Numbered from the stretch's first letter, positions 30,109 to 40,190 are shown. The stretch: 64,000 nt of DNA from Flavobacteriales bacterium (GCA_040377305.1 JBEIPA010000025.1:12290-76289), one strand, 5' to 3'. Made by a program: numbers and translations. Notes: generated by a model not told the origin, from the sequence alone.

Positions 30109-31719
30109 ATGATCCGTGCATTCATAAGTATCGTGAGCTTCCTCGCATTCGCTGGTATAGCTATAGCACAGAATAATTTCAACTACACCATTTCACTTGC
30201 GCCTACCTCAGTGGCAGGTCTGCCCGGGTTGCAAGCATATGCTCATGCACAACACAACGGGATGTGGCTGGTACTTGGTGGCCGAAGGGATGGCTTGCAT
30301 GCGCGGCAACCATTCAATGCATTCCCGCAATCGCAGAACAATACCAATATCTATGTGATTGATATCCATAACAACCAGTTCTGGTCTGGCAGCGTTAATT
30401 CACTTCCGGTCAACATTGCCGAACAACTTCAGTCAACCAACATGAATTTTTGCCAGGTGGAAGACACGTTGTATGTCATCGGCGGTTATGCTTACGCACC
30501 ATCCGTTGCAGATCACATCACGTTTCCGCATCTCACAACCATTGATGTTCCAGGATTAATGAATGCGATTATTAACGGAAGTCCGATCAATACATACTTC
30601 AAGCAAATCACCGACTCTGCTTTTGCAGTTACAGGTGGGTATCTCAAGGCGCTCCACGAAACGTTTTACCTCGTAGGCGGACAACGTTTCGACGGTCGAT
30701 ACAATCCCATGGGAAATCCTACCTACACGCAAACCTATACCAATCAGATCAGGAAATTTAAGATTGACAATTCAGGTGCACAATTAAGTTTCTCCGGATA
30801 TCAGACGATGACTGATCCCGTTCATCTTCATCGTCGCGACTACAATTTGTTGCCGCAAATATTTCCTGATGGTCAACAAGGATTCACCATTTCCTCAGGT
30901 GTATTCCAGATCAACGCTGATCTTCCGTTCCTCTACCCTGTCGACATCACACCAGCCGGATACATTCCGCAAACCGGATTCAACCAATACCTGAGCAATT
31001 ACCATTCTGCCTATGCGTGCCTGTACGACAGTTCTTCGAACGAAATGCATTCCTTGTTCTTTGGAGGAATGAGCCAATACTACTATTCCGGCAACACGTT
31101 GATACAGGACAATCAGGTGCCGTTTGTAAAAACAATCAGCAGACTCACCCGGGACAGTGCAGGGAATCTGAATGAATATGTTGAACCATTGCAGATGCCA
31201 TCGCTTCAGGGCGCAAGTGCTGAATTCTTTTGCAATCCACTGCTGCCACAATACGAGAACGAGATCATTCAACTCAGCTCCATCACACAAGATTCTATAC
31301 TCATCGGACATATTTATGGTGGCATACATAGTCCCATGCTGAATCCGTTTACGTCCAATCAGACTTCAGTTACCAGCGCAGACACAACCATTTATGAAGT
31401 GTGGCTGATCCGCAATTCCACAACAACCGTAGAAAACAATGCAGTTGACGGCAGGAATCCCTACGACATTACTGTGTTTCCGAATCCCGCAAAAGAAAAA
31501 CTGCAGGTGAATTTCACGCTCACCAAACCAACAGCAGTTAGTTATTTTGTTACGAATGCTGCAGGACAGATTATCAAAGAAGAAATTCTCGGAGACAAAC
31601 TAAACGGTGAGCAGAACATCCGGATCAACCTGAATAATACAGGAGCACAATCGCTTATGGTCACATTTGTTTTCGATAACAAATACTACGTTAGCAAACC
31701 AGTTGTACTCGAAAACTAA
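30109..31719 (+). CDS. Kelch-like beta-propeller protein with T9SS type-A CTD
   Basis: LVLGG, YVIGG, YLVGG, FFGG kelch-type blades; VFPNPA...NAAGQII...KPVV. Confidence 0.85.
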   Translation: MIRAFISIVSFLAFAGIAIAQNNFNYTISLAPTSVAGLPGLQAYAHAQHNGMWLVLGGRRDGLHARQPFNAFPQSQNNTNIYVIDIHNNQFWSGSVNSLPVNIAEQLQSTNMNFCQVEDTLYVIGGYAYAPSVADHITFPHLTTIDVPGLMNAIINGSPINTYFKQITDSAFAVTGGYLKALHETFYLVGGQRFDGRYNPMGNPTYTQTYTNQIRKFKIDNSGAQLSFSGYQTMTDPVHLHRRDYNLLPQIFPDGQQGFTISSGVFQINADLPFLYPVDITPAGYIPQTGFNQYLSNYHSAYACLYDSSSNEMHSLFFGGMSQYYYSGNTLIQDNQVPFVKTISRLTRDSAGNLNEYVEPLQMPSLQGASAEFFCNPLLPQYENEIIQLSSITQDSILIGHIYGGIHSPMLNPFTSNQTSVTSADTTIYEVWLIRNSTTTVENNAVDGRNPYDITVFPNPAKEKLQVNFTLTKPTAVSYFVTNAAGQIIKEEILGDKLNGEQNIRINLNNTGAQSLMVTFVFDNKYYVSKPVVLEN

Positions 31720-31722
31720 ACC

Positions 31723-31847
31723 GTTCTAAGTTCTGAGTTCAAGGTTCTGAGTTTTGAACCCGCGAATTATAATTCATCACCTGCCAGCAATGGCAGGTGT
31801 TTTTGTTTGACCTGATTGCTACCTTAGAACATTGAACTTAGAACTCA
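31723..31847. repeat. Inverted GTTCTRA heptamer pair enclosing a second copy of the metK-type terminator (31778-31808)
   Basis: gttctaagttctgagttcaaggttctgag versus ttagaacattgaacttagaac; CACCTGCCAGCAATGGCAGGTGTTTTTGTTT. Confidence 0.75.
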
Positions 31848-31852
31848 TATAA

Positions 31853-33097
31853 GTGAAAAGAAAAATCGCTGAGCTTGTTCTGTTGAATGTGGGACTCGCT
31901 GCAGTGTATTTCTATTTTTTCAGTCAACTGAATCTTCCTGTCGATAGCGAATACATGTACAGCACGCCTGATGCGCAATCGTATGAGGCCGTTGCGCTCT
32001 GGTGGTATGGGATTCCTACTCAAGCAACAAGTATTCGGCCCTTGCTTTATCCAATGATCAATGTCATTGGATGGACAATTGCAGGCTTCAAAGGCGTATG
32101 GTCTCTGCAGATTCTCTTCTGGATAGGAGCCGGCAATTTTCTGTTTCTCGCTGTCAGAAACTATTCACGGAATACTTTCGTTTCATTTATCGCTGCGACC
32201 GTTTATGCACTGAACTTGTCGCTGGTTGCGGCTACATTGCACGCACTAACCGAGGTTACGACCGCCTTCTTGCTTTCGATTCTAATCTGGCTCGCAAGCA
32301 AACACCCGGGAAAATTCACAGACACAAAATTTCACGCGAAGATTTTATTCGTAGTGGCATTGCTCGTTGTAACCAAGCCTCTCTTCTATCCCTTGTTTCT
32401 GATTGAGCTTTGTATTGCGCTGGTCATTTTTATCCGGAAAAAAGTCAATATCACCCAAATAGGTTTTTTGCTTCTGGCTTCTTTACCGGTAATGCTTCAA
32501 CTCTCATTCATGAAGTATAAGCACGATGAATTCACGATCTCAAAAATCAGCGACATTACCTATCATCAATATTTAGTCACTGATACTTACGCTGAACTTA
32601 TCGGGGGCAAGAGAAATGAAGTCGATGATTTTGTTTTTAGCTGGACTCCGCATGAAGTTGATTCATTCACGAAAGAACACAGAATGGAAATCTTCCTGAT
32701 GTTCGCGAAAAACATTGGAAAGAATCTCGTCACTGGCAGTCCTTTTCTCACGAAGCCGATAATGCGCGAAAACAAAGAATGGTCGCCATACACACGAAGT
32801 TACAACTGGGTTGCGCGGAACTGGCACAACTTGTTTCTCTGGCTCGTTCCTGCTTTTGTATTGCTTTATATGCGACGAAGACAGAATCACTGGATGCTTC
32901 CCTTACTCGCTTCCTTCGTGCTTACCTGGTACATTTTCGTGACCAGTGGCATCAGTGGCTGGCAAGGCGACAGACTAATCCTGTGCGCATTACCGCTTTG
33001 GATTTTCTGCTATACCACCTTGCTCGCATTTCAGCTTTCTGTGCTCAGGAACATGTTCATTCTGCTCCAAAGAAGATTCTTTCGTAAATTGCCCTAA
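31853..33097 (+). CDS. Polytopic membrane protein, GT-C (ArnT/PMT-like) glycosyltransferase candidate
   Basis: DAQSY after TM1, RPLLYP, LTE, KP motifs; about 10 TM helices. Confidence 0.65.
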   Translation: MKRKIAELVLLNVGLAAVYFYFFSQLNLPVDSEYMYSTPDAQSYEAVALWWYGIPTQATSIRPLLYPMINVIGWTIAGFKGVWSLQILFWIGAGNFLFLAVRNYSRNTFVSFIAATVYALNLSLVAATLHALTEVTTAFLLSILIWLASKHPGKFTDTKFHAKILFVVALLVVTKPLFYPLFLIELCIALVIFIRKKVNITQIGFLLLASLPVMLQLSFMKYKHDEFTISKISDITYHQYLVTDTYAELIGGKRNEVDDFVFSWTPHEVDSFTKEHRMEIFLMFAKNIGKNLVTGSPFLTKPIMRENKEWSPYTRSYNWVARNWHNLFLWLVPAFVLLYMRRRQNHWMLPLLASFVLTWYIFVTSGISGWQGDRLILCALPLWIFCYTTLLAFQLSVLRNMFILLQRRFFRKLP

Positions 33098-33134
33098 CAC
33101 TCCGAAGGAGTCCTTCGGACCAAATCCACCCCCT

Positions 33135-33569
33135 ATGTTCGACAATCTTCTTGACCTCGTAAAACAAAATGCAGGAAATGCAATTGTAAATAATCCTGCA
33201 ATTCCGAATCAGCACAACGATGATGCGATCAATACCGCAAGCAATTCCATATTGAATTCGCTTACGCAGCAAGCATCCGGTGGAAACATGAATCAGATCA
33301 TGAACATGTTTCAGCAAGGTGCAACGCAGAATAATCCGGTTGTGAATTCGGTGACGAACAACGTAAGCGGAGATCTGGCGAAGAAATTCAATCTCGATAA
33401 TAACGCAGCGAACGGAATTGCCGCACAATTGATTCCACAGGTACTGAATCAGCTCGTGAGCAAAACGAACGATCCGAAAGACAATTCGTTTGACCTGAAT
33501 AGTGTGATGGGTGCGCTGGGTGGAAACGCTGGTGGCATTGGGAATATGTTGGGGAGTTTTCTGAAATAA
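33135..33569 (+). CDS. Conserved Bacteroidota hypothetical protein (DUF937-like)
   Basis: MFDNLLDLVKQ..AIVNNPAIPN, KTNDP.D.SFDL, Gly-rich tail. Confidence 0.8.
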   Translation: MFDNLLDLVKQNAGNAIVNNPAIPNQHNDDAINTASNSILNSLTQQASGGNMNQIMNMFQQGATQNNPVVNSVTNNVSGDLAKKFNLDNNAANGIAAQLIPQVLNQLVSKTNDPKDNSFDLNSVMGALGGNAGGIGNMLGSFLK

Positions 33570-33572
33570 TTT

Positions 33573-34088
33573 TTGTTGATGGATCGGCACAAATATCATG
33601 TCCTACTTTTCTTTTTGTCAATCCCATTTCCCTTTATGCTTTTCAAGGGTTGGTGGAGCGGAGTTTTTGACGGATGGGGTTCTCAAGGATATTCTTACCT
33701 GGGATTATTTGCTGCCTTGGCGGAAGTCTATTTCTCCAGACGCAAACTGGTTGTAGCCGGTTTGTTCGGAATGGGTGTGTTTGTTGTCGGAATATTATTT
33801 CGGATTATGCATTGGCCGGGAGCGGCACTTTTCATTTTGTTTGGCATCACTTCCTTCATGATTATTCCATTGTGGAGTGCACTACAGGCGCGAGAACAGA
33901 AAATGCTTCGGATCATCATTTCTGTTTGGATATTGATTTATGGAACTGGAGTTTTATTTCTAATTTTTCATTGGCCTGGTGGCGGATTGCTTATCATATT
34001 ATCGATGCTAGCGCTTCCTGTTGTAACAATCGCATTAGGCAATTCATTGTGGCAAGCTAAGCAAAAGCAAAATGAGCGTAACATTTGA
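33573..34088 (+). CDS. Membrane protein with two GldL-N-terminus-like TM motifs
   Basis: GILFRIMHWPGA and GVLFLIFHWPGG repeats. Confidence 0.7.
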   Translation: MLMDRHKYHVLLFFLSIPFPFMLFKGWWSGVFDGWGSQGYSYLGLFAALAEVYFSRRKLVVAGLFGMGVFVVGILFRIMHWPGAALFILFGITSFMIIPLWSALQAREQKMLRIIISVWILIYGTGVLFLIFHWPGGGLLIILSMLALPVVTIALGNSLWQAKQKQNERNI

Positions 34089-34401
34089 AGATTTTTCAAA
34101 ACTCGACATCCGCGCCGGAACCATCGTCACAGTTGATGATTTTCCGGAAGCGAAAAAGCCTGCGTATAAACTCACGATTGATTTTGGAGAACTTGGCACA
34201 AAACGTTCTTCAGCGCAAATAACTACTTTGTACTCGAAAGAAGATTTGCTGAACAAGCAGATTGTTGCTGTTGTGAACTTTCCACCAAAGCAGATTGGTC
34301 CGTTTGTATCGGAGTGTTTGGTGTTGGGAGTTTATAGTAAAGATGGCGTAGTGTTGCTGAGAACGGAAAGAGTTGTTGGAAATGGAGAACCAGTTGGATG
34401 A
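34072..34401 (+). CDS. csaA: tRNA-binding/chaperone protein CsaA
   Basis: DFPEAKKPAYKL.IDFG, SSAQIT, VVNFPPKQIG, SECLVLG. Confidence 0.92.
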   Translation: MSVTFEDFSKLDIRAGTIVTVDDFPEAKKPAYKLTIDFGELGTKRSSAQITTLYSKEDLLNKQIVAVVNFPPKQIGPFVSECLVLGVYSKDGVVLLRTERVVGNGEPVG

Positions 34402-35201
34402 TGAGACTATTGAATAATAAGATCGTTTTGCTTAAGCAGTTTGCGGGAATAATAATAATTACAGCTATTTGCTTGTTCATGGTTTCTTGCCCGGCTGAGC
34501 TTTCTAATGGGGAAGAACTCGCTGATCTTCAAATATGCTTGCCGGTTGCTGCGGAAGTTGCAGGAGAAGTTGGAGGTAGCCATGTGGATATACTTTTTGT
34601 TCATGACACCAATTATCTAACAAGCAGGGTTAGCCACTTTATTGAGATGAATGTTGATGAATCCCAGTTTCTAAGGGATAGTATCTTTACCAAGGAGGAA
34701 ATAGCTGCTTATTGTGCATCGCAACTCTATTCCAGATTAGATTCATCCATATTAGAAAAACATTCCGCAATCAATATTGTTTTTGACAACGACCGAGGCT
34801 TCATTTTTGACTATCCTTATTACTACACATACGACGAATTAGCAACAGCTTGGAAGGCGTTTGGGTACGTTGATGCGTATCTGCATGCCATCCAAAAAGG
34901 AGATTCTGCCCTCTTAAAAAGTAGCATTGACACATCATTCTTTAGCCTTAACGTTCGGGAACTAAATAGTTCACTTTCTAAACGACTAAGAACTGAACCC
35001 TACACAACTTCACATTTTTACGAACGATATCATTATACTAACAAGGACAGTACCAGACAATTTGAATGTTATGCAATCAATACAAATATTGATTTCGATA
35101 CATCAAAGAGCGTTAGCTTTTCTTTCATGATCCCGATGGATAGTGGAAATCGAATAATCAATTATCGTCTACCAATCGAAGATTATCAAATCAATGAATG
35201 A
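34398..35201 (+). CDS. Hypothetical lipoprotein
   Basis: Hydrophobic leader ending MVSC; overlaps both neighbours; visibly AT-richer than flanking genes. Confidence 0.7.
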   Translation: MMRLLNNKIVLLKQFAGIIIITAICLFMVSCPAELSNGEELADLQICLPVAAEVAGEVGGSHVDILFVHDTNYLTSRVSHFIEMNVDESQFLRDSIFTKEEIAAYCASQLYSRLDSSILEKHSAINIVFDNDRGFIFDYPYYYTYDELATAWKAFGYVDAYLHAIQKGDSALLKSSIDTSFFSLNVRELNSSLSKRLRTEPYTTSHFYERYHYTNKDSTRQFECYAINTNIDFDTSKSVSFSFMIPMDSGNRIINYRLPIEDYQINE

Positions 35202-36177
35202 TTCTTATATGACGAACGAAGATTTCTCACAGCAAATACCGCCGGATCAATACATCGCGGAAAACAATTTCCCTCCCAAACCAGTCATTCCTGAATCCCC
35301 TTTCCTCACGTCCTCCTTCATCAGTCTGGTGTTGTTTGTGGTGGCGTATGTTTACTTCTTCGATCAGACGATTGCGCAGGTTGCCGTGCTGGTGCTTGTA
35401 TTGTTCATTCATGAGATGGGACATTTTCTCGCGATGAAATACTTTGGTTACTCCGAATTGAAGATGTTCTTCATTCCTTTTCTCGGAGCGATGGTTACCG
35501 GAGACAAGGAGGAAATTTCTCAGAAGCAGCGTGCGATCATTTTGCTCGCAGGTCCGGTTCCCGGGATTATCATTGGCGCCGTGTTATATTATGTAGGCAA
35601 TGCAGTCAACAATCACGAATTGCTGATGGCTGCAGGGATGTTTGTTTTTCTGAATGCGATTAATCTACTGCCGTTGAATCCACTCGATGGTGGACGACTT
35701 GTAGAAACACTTTTCTTTCACAACCAGGAAACACTGAAGAATATCTTCATTGGTATTTCAGCTGCTGCGATGGTGTTCATTGCTATCAAATTTGAAATGT
35801 ACACCCTGCTCATTCTTCCGTTTGCATTGCTGATGCGAATCAATCAAAACCGCTCCATCAAAGAACTCAAACAAACCCTTGCATCGCAGGGACTTGATTA
35901 CAACAAGCCGTTCAGTCAGCTTACCGATCGCGAGTACTGGCTCATTCGGGAAACGGTAGTCGATCGCGTTGCATCATTCAGAACTGTCAATGGAAAAGAC
36001 TACAGTGTTTCTCCCCGCGAAAAGCAGATTGCAGACCAGATGAAAGGTTTGGCTGAACGAAAAGTGATCGGCGATCTCGGAGTTGGTGGAATTGTTCTTT
36101 TCACGCTGATGTGGCTGATCTTTCTTGCAGTGCCGGTAATTGTTTTTGCCATTGCGCTCTACAGCCGTGCACGCTGA
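35194..36177 (+). CDS. Site-2 protease (peptidase M50)
   Basis: HEMGH, LAGP, NLLPLNPLDGG. Confidence 0.9.
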   Translation: MNDSYMTNEDFSQQIPPDQYIAENNFPPKPVIPESPFLTSSFISLVLFVVAYVYFFDQTIAQVAVLVLVLFIHEMGHFLAMKYFGYSELKMFFIPFLGAMVTGDKEEISQKQRAIILLAGPVPGIIIGAVLYYVGNAVNNHELLMAAGMFVFLNAINLLPLNPLDGGRLVETLFFHNQETLKNIFIGISAAAMVFIAIKFEMYTLLILPFALLMRINQNRSIKELKQTLASQGLDYNKPFSQLTDREYWLIRETVVDRVASFRTVNGKDYSVSPREKQIADQMKGLAERKVIGDLGVGGIVLFTLMWLIFLAVPVIVFAIALYSRAR

Positions 36178-36225
36178 GCAATCAAAACTTAGCGTAACTT
36201 GTAATGTCTAATAGAAAAATCTGAT

Positions 36226-36840
36226 ATGTCACAAAGTCCATTAGCCCTTGCATTTCTTTCTGTGTATTCCCCTGGTATTCCGCATGGGAATAAGCAAATC
36301 ATTTTCAGCGGTATGTTTAATACCATGGTCTATGATAAGATCGTTGATGAAATCGGTTACGGATTATTTCATGATGGTTTCTTCATGTTATTCTCAGATG
36401 AAAACGATAACTGCAACACGTGCCTGCAACTTTGGGAATTCGTATTACCCAAAGACGGAGCAACGAGAAAAGTTATCGGAAGAAATGCCTATGGCGCTTT
36501 GCTGGTGATAGAAAATGCGGATCAAGGCGGTACAGCCGCTGCGGTTGGCATTCTTGATCCGCTTACCGTTAGCTACTGGAAAGACGAGCATTGTCTATTC
36601 ACGAACCTACTCGGACATTGGTTACCTGAAAGAAAAGTTCTTCCTTCGTTCACAGACAATTCGGTGTACCATGCCATGAGAACGGCTGCTGGAATTTCGC
36701 TGGCACCTGATGAAATGCTCGCCATAAAAGTTCCTATTACGCTGGGAGGTAAAATGGATCCCGCAAATTTTCAGATTGAAAACATTCAGGCGTATTACAC
36801 GACAACAGCATCCATATACAATCAAATTCAAGCTAAATAA
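36226..36840 (+). CDS. Tdi1/DUF1851-like toxin immunity protein (orphan)
   Basis: GYGLF.DGF, GRNAYG, L.PDE....KVP..LGG.....N pattern of the GAD-like/DUF1851 family. Confidence 0.65.
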   Translation: MSQSPLALAFLSVYSPGIPHGNKQIIFSGMFNTMVYDKIVDEIGYGLFHDGFFMLFSDENDNCNTCLQLWEFVLPKDGATRKVIGRNAYGALLVIENADQGGTAAAVGILDPLTVSYWKDEHCLFTNLLGHWLPERKVLPSFTDNSVYHAMRTAAGISLAPDEMLAIKVPITLGGKMDPANFQIENIQAYYTTTASIYNQIQAK

Positions 36841-36845
36841 AACCC

Positions 36846-37283
36846 ATGGACACATTACACTTCTCAATAACCATTAACGCCCCTGCAGAAAAAGTCTGGA
36901 AAACATTATGGACAGATGAGACCTACCGCCAATGGACGAGTGTTTTCATGGAAGGTTCGTATGCACTTTCGAGCTGGCAGCAAGGCGCGCGTGTTCACTT
37001 CATGGCACCGGGCGGAGAAGGAATGTTCAGTGAAATTGTGAAGAAGGTTCCCAACGAACAAATGTCTTTTCGTCATCTAGGTTCCATGAAAGGCGGCAAA
37101 GAACAACCTCCTACCGAAGAAACAAAACTCTGGGAAGGTGCGCGTGAGGAATATACACTGAAGCAAAATGGTGCATCAACAGAGGTCAGCGTTCTGGTCG
37201 ACAGTGTGGATGAACACAAAAGTCACTTCGAGGAAAAATTTCCGGATGCTTTAGCTCGTCTGAAACAGATTTCGGAATCGTGA
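36846..37283 (+). CDS. SRPBCC/AHSA1-like domain protein
   Basis: ITINAPAEKVW..LW..ETYRQWT, LARLKQISE. Confidence 0.9.
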   Translation: MDTLHFSITINAPAEKVWKTLWTDETYRQWTSVFMEGSYALSSWQQGARVHFMAPGGEGMFSEIVKKVPNEQMSFRHLGSMKGGKEQPPTEETKLWEGAREEYTLKQNGASTEVSVLVDSVDEHKSHFEEKFPDALARLKQISES

Positions 37284-37376
37284 TAAACAATTTCAGTAGC
37301 GAAATCAGCAGACTTGTCTATCGTCCTGCAGGCGAAAGCGATGAGATAGTTACAAAAATATAATAAGATCTTACAA

Positions 37377-38366
37377 ATGAAATTTTTGCTTCGCGCGTCG
37401 CTTGCACTGTGTGTACTTCTCCAATTCTTCTACGGTTGTAAGCGTTTCGACGAAATCGACAAAAATGATCTGAAGATTGCAGATACAGTAACAGTAAACA
37501 AGGTTGGGTACCATGAAGTGTTCGAAGGAACCCGAATCTTCATTGACGTTCCTGAAGGTTTTACCTATGTGAAGTCCATTTTGCGATTTCAGAAAGACAC
37601 CAATATTTACATCCAGGCATTGGAGAATCCCACATTAAGTTTTAAAGATGTGAAGGAACCTATGTTGGCGCAAATTGATGAGTTGAATACTAAAGGGTTG
37701 AAATCATATTACAAGAAAGAATTTATTCTGCAGGAGTTTGAGGCATGCTTGTTATATGGACCTGATAATCTTAATCCAGGCTGTGATGAAATGGTTCTGT
37801 TCTTTGGCGACGATGAGTCAAGCGTTCTATTATCTGCACGATTTCCATCAGACAGTATTCGCATTGCCGGGGAAATTAGAAACGCTCTTCTCACGGCCTA
37901 CCTTGACAAAGATTACACACCTGATCTTACAGCTTTGATGCCCTATGAAATTAACCTCACAGGAACGGACTTTAAGTTCCACAGCGCCACCTCAATTGTA
38001 GCAAATTATACCGTAAACGGAGAAGGCAACCCGAATGACCCAACGGTTGACCTATTTAGTATTATATCCATGTCTGCGATGAATGACCACAATACGCGAA
38101 TTGCGTATGCACAGTCCATGATTCCCCGATATAAAGCCAACGGAATTATCATTCCGAAGTTTGACGAACAGGACATTCTGATCAACAATGTTCCAGCCTA
38201 TGAGATTAGCTTTAAGGGAGCATACAATGGTAAAGCCATGCAGTGTTACCAAATTGTTCTCGGTAACAATCAGCAAACTTTGCTCTTTGTTGGCCAGGTA
38301 GGAGTAGACAAAGTTGAGTTGTACGAACAAATCATCCAGATTTCTCAAACACTTCGTTTGAAATAG
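37377..38366 (+). CDS. Hypothetical lipoprotein
   Basis: Lipobox FYGC; two alpha/beta halves reminiscent of PsbP/DcrB folds (inference). Confidence 0.7.
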   Translation: MKFLLRASLALCVLLQFFYGCKRFDEIDKNDLKIADTVTVNKVGYHEVFEGTRIFIDVPEGFTYVKSILRFQKDTNIYIQALENPTLSFKDVKEPMLAQIDELNTKGLKSYYKKEFILQEFEACLLYGPDNLNPGCDEMVLFFGDDESSVLLSARFPSDSIRIAGEIRNALLTAYLDKDYTPDLTALMPYEINLTGTDFKFHSATSIVANYTVNGEGNPNDPTVDLFSIISMSAMNDHNTRIAYAQSMIPRYKANGIIIPKFDEQDILINNVPAYEISFKGAYNGKAMQCYQIVLGNNQQTLLFVGQVGVDKVELYEQIIQISQTLRLK

Positions 38367-38454
38367 CTATGTCATCATGTGGCATTAAGTACCAAATAAA
38401 ATAATTCAACGGAGTAGTTGTTTTCAATGAGAAGAATATCATAATAGAAGACAA

Positions 38455-39123
38455 GTGAGCGTACCCGACGATTTCAAACACATTATAGAAGCATTAGATG
38501 AATACGCGTTAGTGCAAACCGATCGCGGCTATATGCTTTTTCACGTGAAGTCGCAATCGCATGTGATCATCGAAGAGAATAGTGGCGAACTGTTTGATCT
38601 CATGCTTCAACGCAATGTGAAAGTTGCCGAAAGCTCGGAAGAGTTGATTGATCACAACTTCGTTCATTATGCGATGATTGAAGACCGGGTTGCTGGTGGT
38701 TTACGAAGAGTTCGTGTCGATGACTGTGCGCATTACGTGTTTTCAAAAGTCGATCTGAGTGAAGTAGGCAATAAAGTAACTGGTAAGCTCCGATCCAGAG
38801 CACGTGGCATCAGTACCGCTGAACGCATACTTTTTATCATTGAGAATCTGGTCGTAAATCCCGAAAAGGATTTCAGAATTGATCTTCGGTTAACAGACCG
38901 CGATGTGTATATAAAGCCACGCGGATTCAATACCTTAACACTTGCGAAGGTTGCTGAGTTATTCAATTCGCAAAGCATAGAACAGCTAAATGAATCCAGA
39001 AAAGTGTATTTATCCACGGATGATCTGCAACACCTTCCTGCCACTGAAATTGCAAGAACTTTAAAGTCGGACGACTTCATTGCGGTCGTCATCAACGATG
39101 CTATTCGGTTTACGATGAAATAA
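38455..39123 (+). CDS. Hypothetical protein
   Basis: 222-aa ORF co-oriented within the gene run; no motif recognised. Confidence 0.6.
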   Translation: MSVPDDFKHIIEALDEYALVQTDRGYMLFHVKSQSHVIIEENSGELFDLMLQRNVKVAESSEELIDHNFVHYAMIEDRVAGGLRRVRVDDCAHYVFSKVDLSEVGNKVTGKLRSRARGISTAERILFIIENLVVNPEKDFRIDLRLTDRDVYIKPRGFNTLTLAKVAELFNSQSIEQLNESRKVYLSTDDLQHLPATEIARTLKSDDFIAVVINDAIRFTMK

Positions 39124-39149
39124 TTAAGAATGAAGACGATATTTGAACA

Positions 39150-40055
39150 ATGCCAGAAACTAAATCCATCATACCCTACTACAAAGAGATCAACGACTTT
39201 CTGGAGTCCATTCCATCGGATTTCAGAACGACGAATCCGGATTTTTTCTGTCTGCGATTAAAAGCGAATGAAGAATCGATCAGCAATTACAAACCGCCTT
39301 TCCGGAAAGATTTTTATTTCATAGCATTAGTTTCGAATGCCGGTTCAACTAAAATCACATACGATAATACCGATGTTACGAAACTAAATTCATTCCTGGT
39401 GTTTCAGTCGCCCGGTCTGCTTTACAGTTTCAATCGCGACAATTCGGCAAGCGGATACCTACTCTACTTCAAGAAGGAATGTCTCTCCTTTTTCAAACCC
39501 GATTTTGAAAAGGAGTTTCCCTTTTTCAACATTCTGCACACCAATTTCTTTAAGCTGAATGAATCGAAGTTTCGCGAGTTCGCACCGCATTTTGAAGATG
39601 TGTTTAAGGCATACGAGAATTCAAGCGACACTCAGCACAAAGTTGCTTCCATCAAACTACTTGCATTGCTCTACCAGCTGAAAGAATTTACCAACGCATT
39701 TAAACAGTGGGAAGAAGGTTTCACCAGTCCGCAACATATTCTTTATCAAAAGTTCATTCAACTCGTGAATAACTTTTACATTGAAAAGCGGACGATTGAA
39801 GAGTACGCCGAGATGTTGAATGTAACACCGAATCACCTTTCCCAATCCGTCAAGTCAGCTTCCGACAAAAATGCATTGAGCTATATCAACGAGCGACTAT
39901 TGGCAGAAGCAAAATCGCTTATACAATTCACGGACTTTGATATTGCAGAGATTGCACACCAGCTGAATTTCTCCGATCCCGCTAATTTTGGAAAGTTTTT
40001 TAAGAAGCACACCGATCAGACACCGCTTGAATTCAGGAAGTCTAAAAAACACTGA
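39150..40055 (+). CDS. AraC-family transcriptional regulator
   Basis: YAEMLNVTPNHLS, IAEIAHQLNFSDPANFGKFFKK.T..TP.EFR. Confidence 0.93.
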   Translation: MPETKSIIPYYKEINDFLESIPSDFRTTNPDFFCLRLKANEESISNYKPPFRKDFYFIALVSNAGSTKITYDNTDVTKLNSFLVFQSPGLLYSFNRDNSASGYLLYFKKECLSFFKPDFEKEFPFFNILHTNFFKLNESKFREFAPHFEDVFKAYENSSDTQHKVASIKLLALLYQLKEFTNAFKQWEEGFTSPQHILYQKFIQLVNNFYIEKRTIEEYAEMLNVTPNHLSQSVKSASDKNALSYINERLLAEAKSLIQFTDFDIAEIAHQLNFSDPANFGKFFKKHTDQTPLEFRKSKKH

Positions 40056-40190
40056 AGGACAACTCCAGTTACCTTTTCCTGCCGGGTTCCGACACTATCT
40101 ACCATCACAACCAACTTTTCGACCATTCCCGGGTTACCGTTCCTGCTCACCTTTGTATCGTTCAGTATTCATAACTAAAACGATAACAAG

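Noticed and set aside
33097-39150. Integron cassette array
   Set aside because: Most gaps are tiny or overlapping, no repeated attC-like palindromes are visible and there is no integrase
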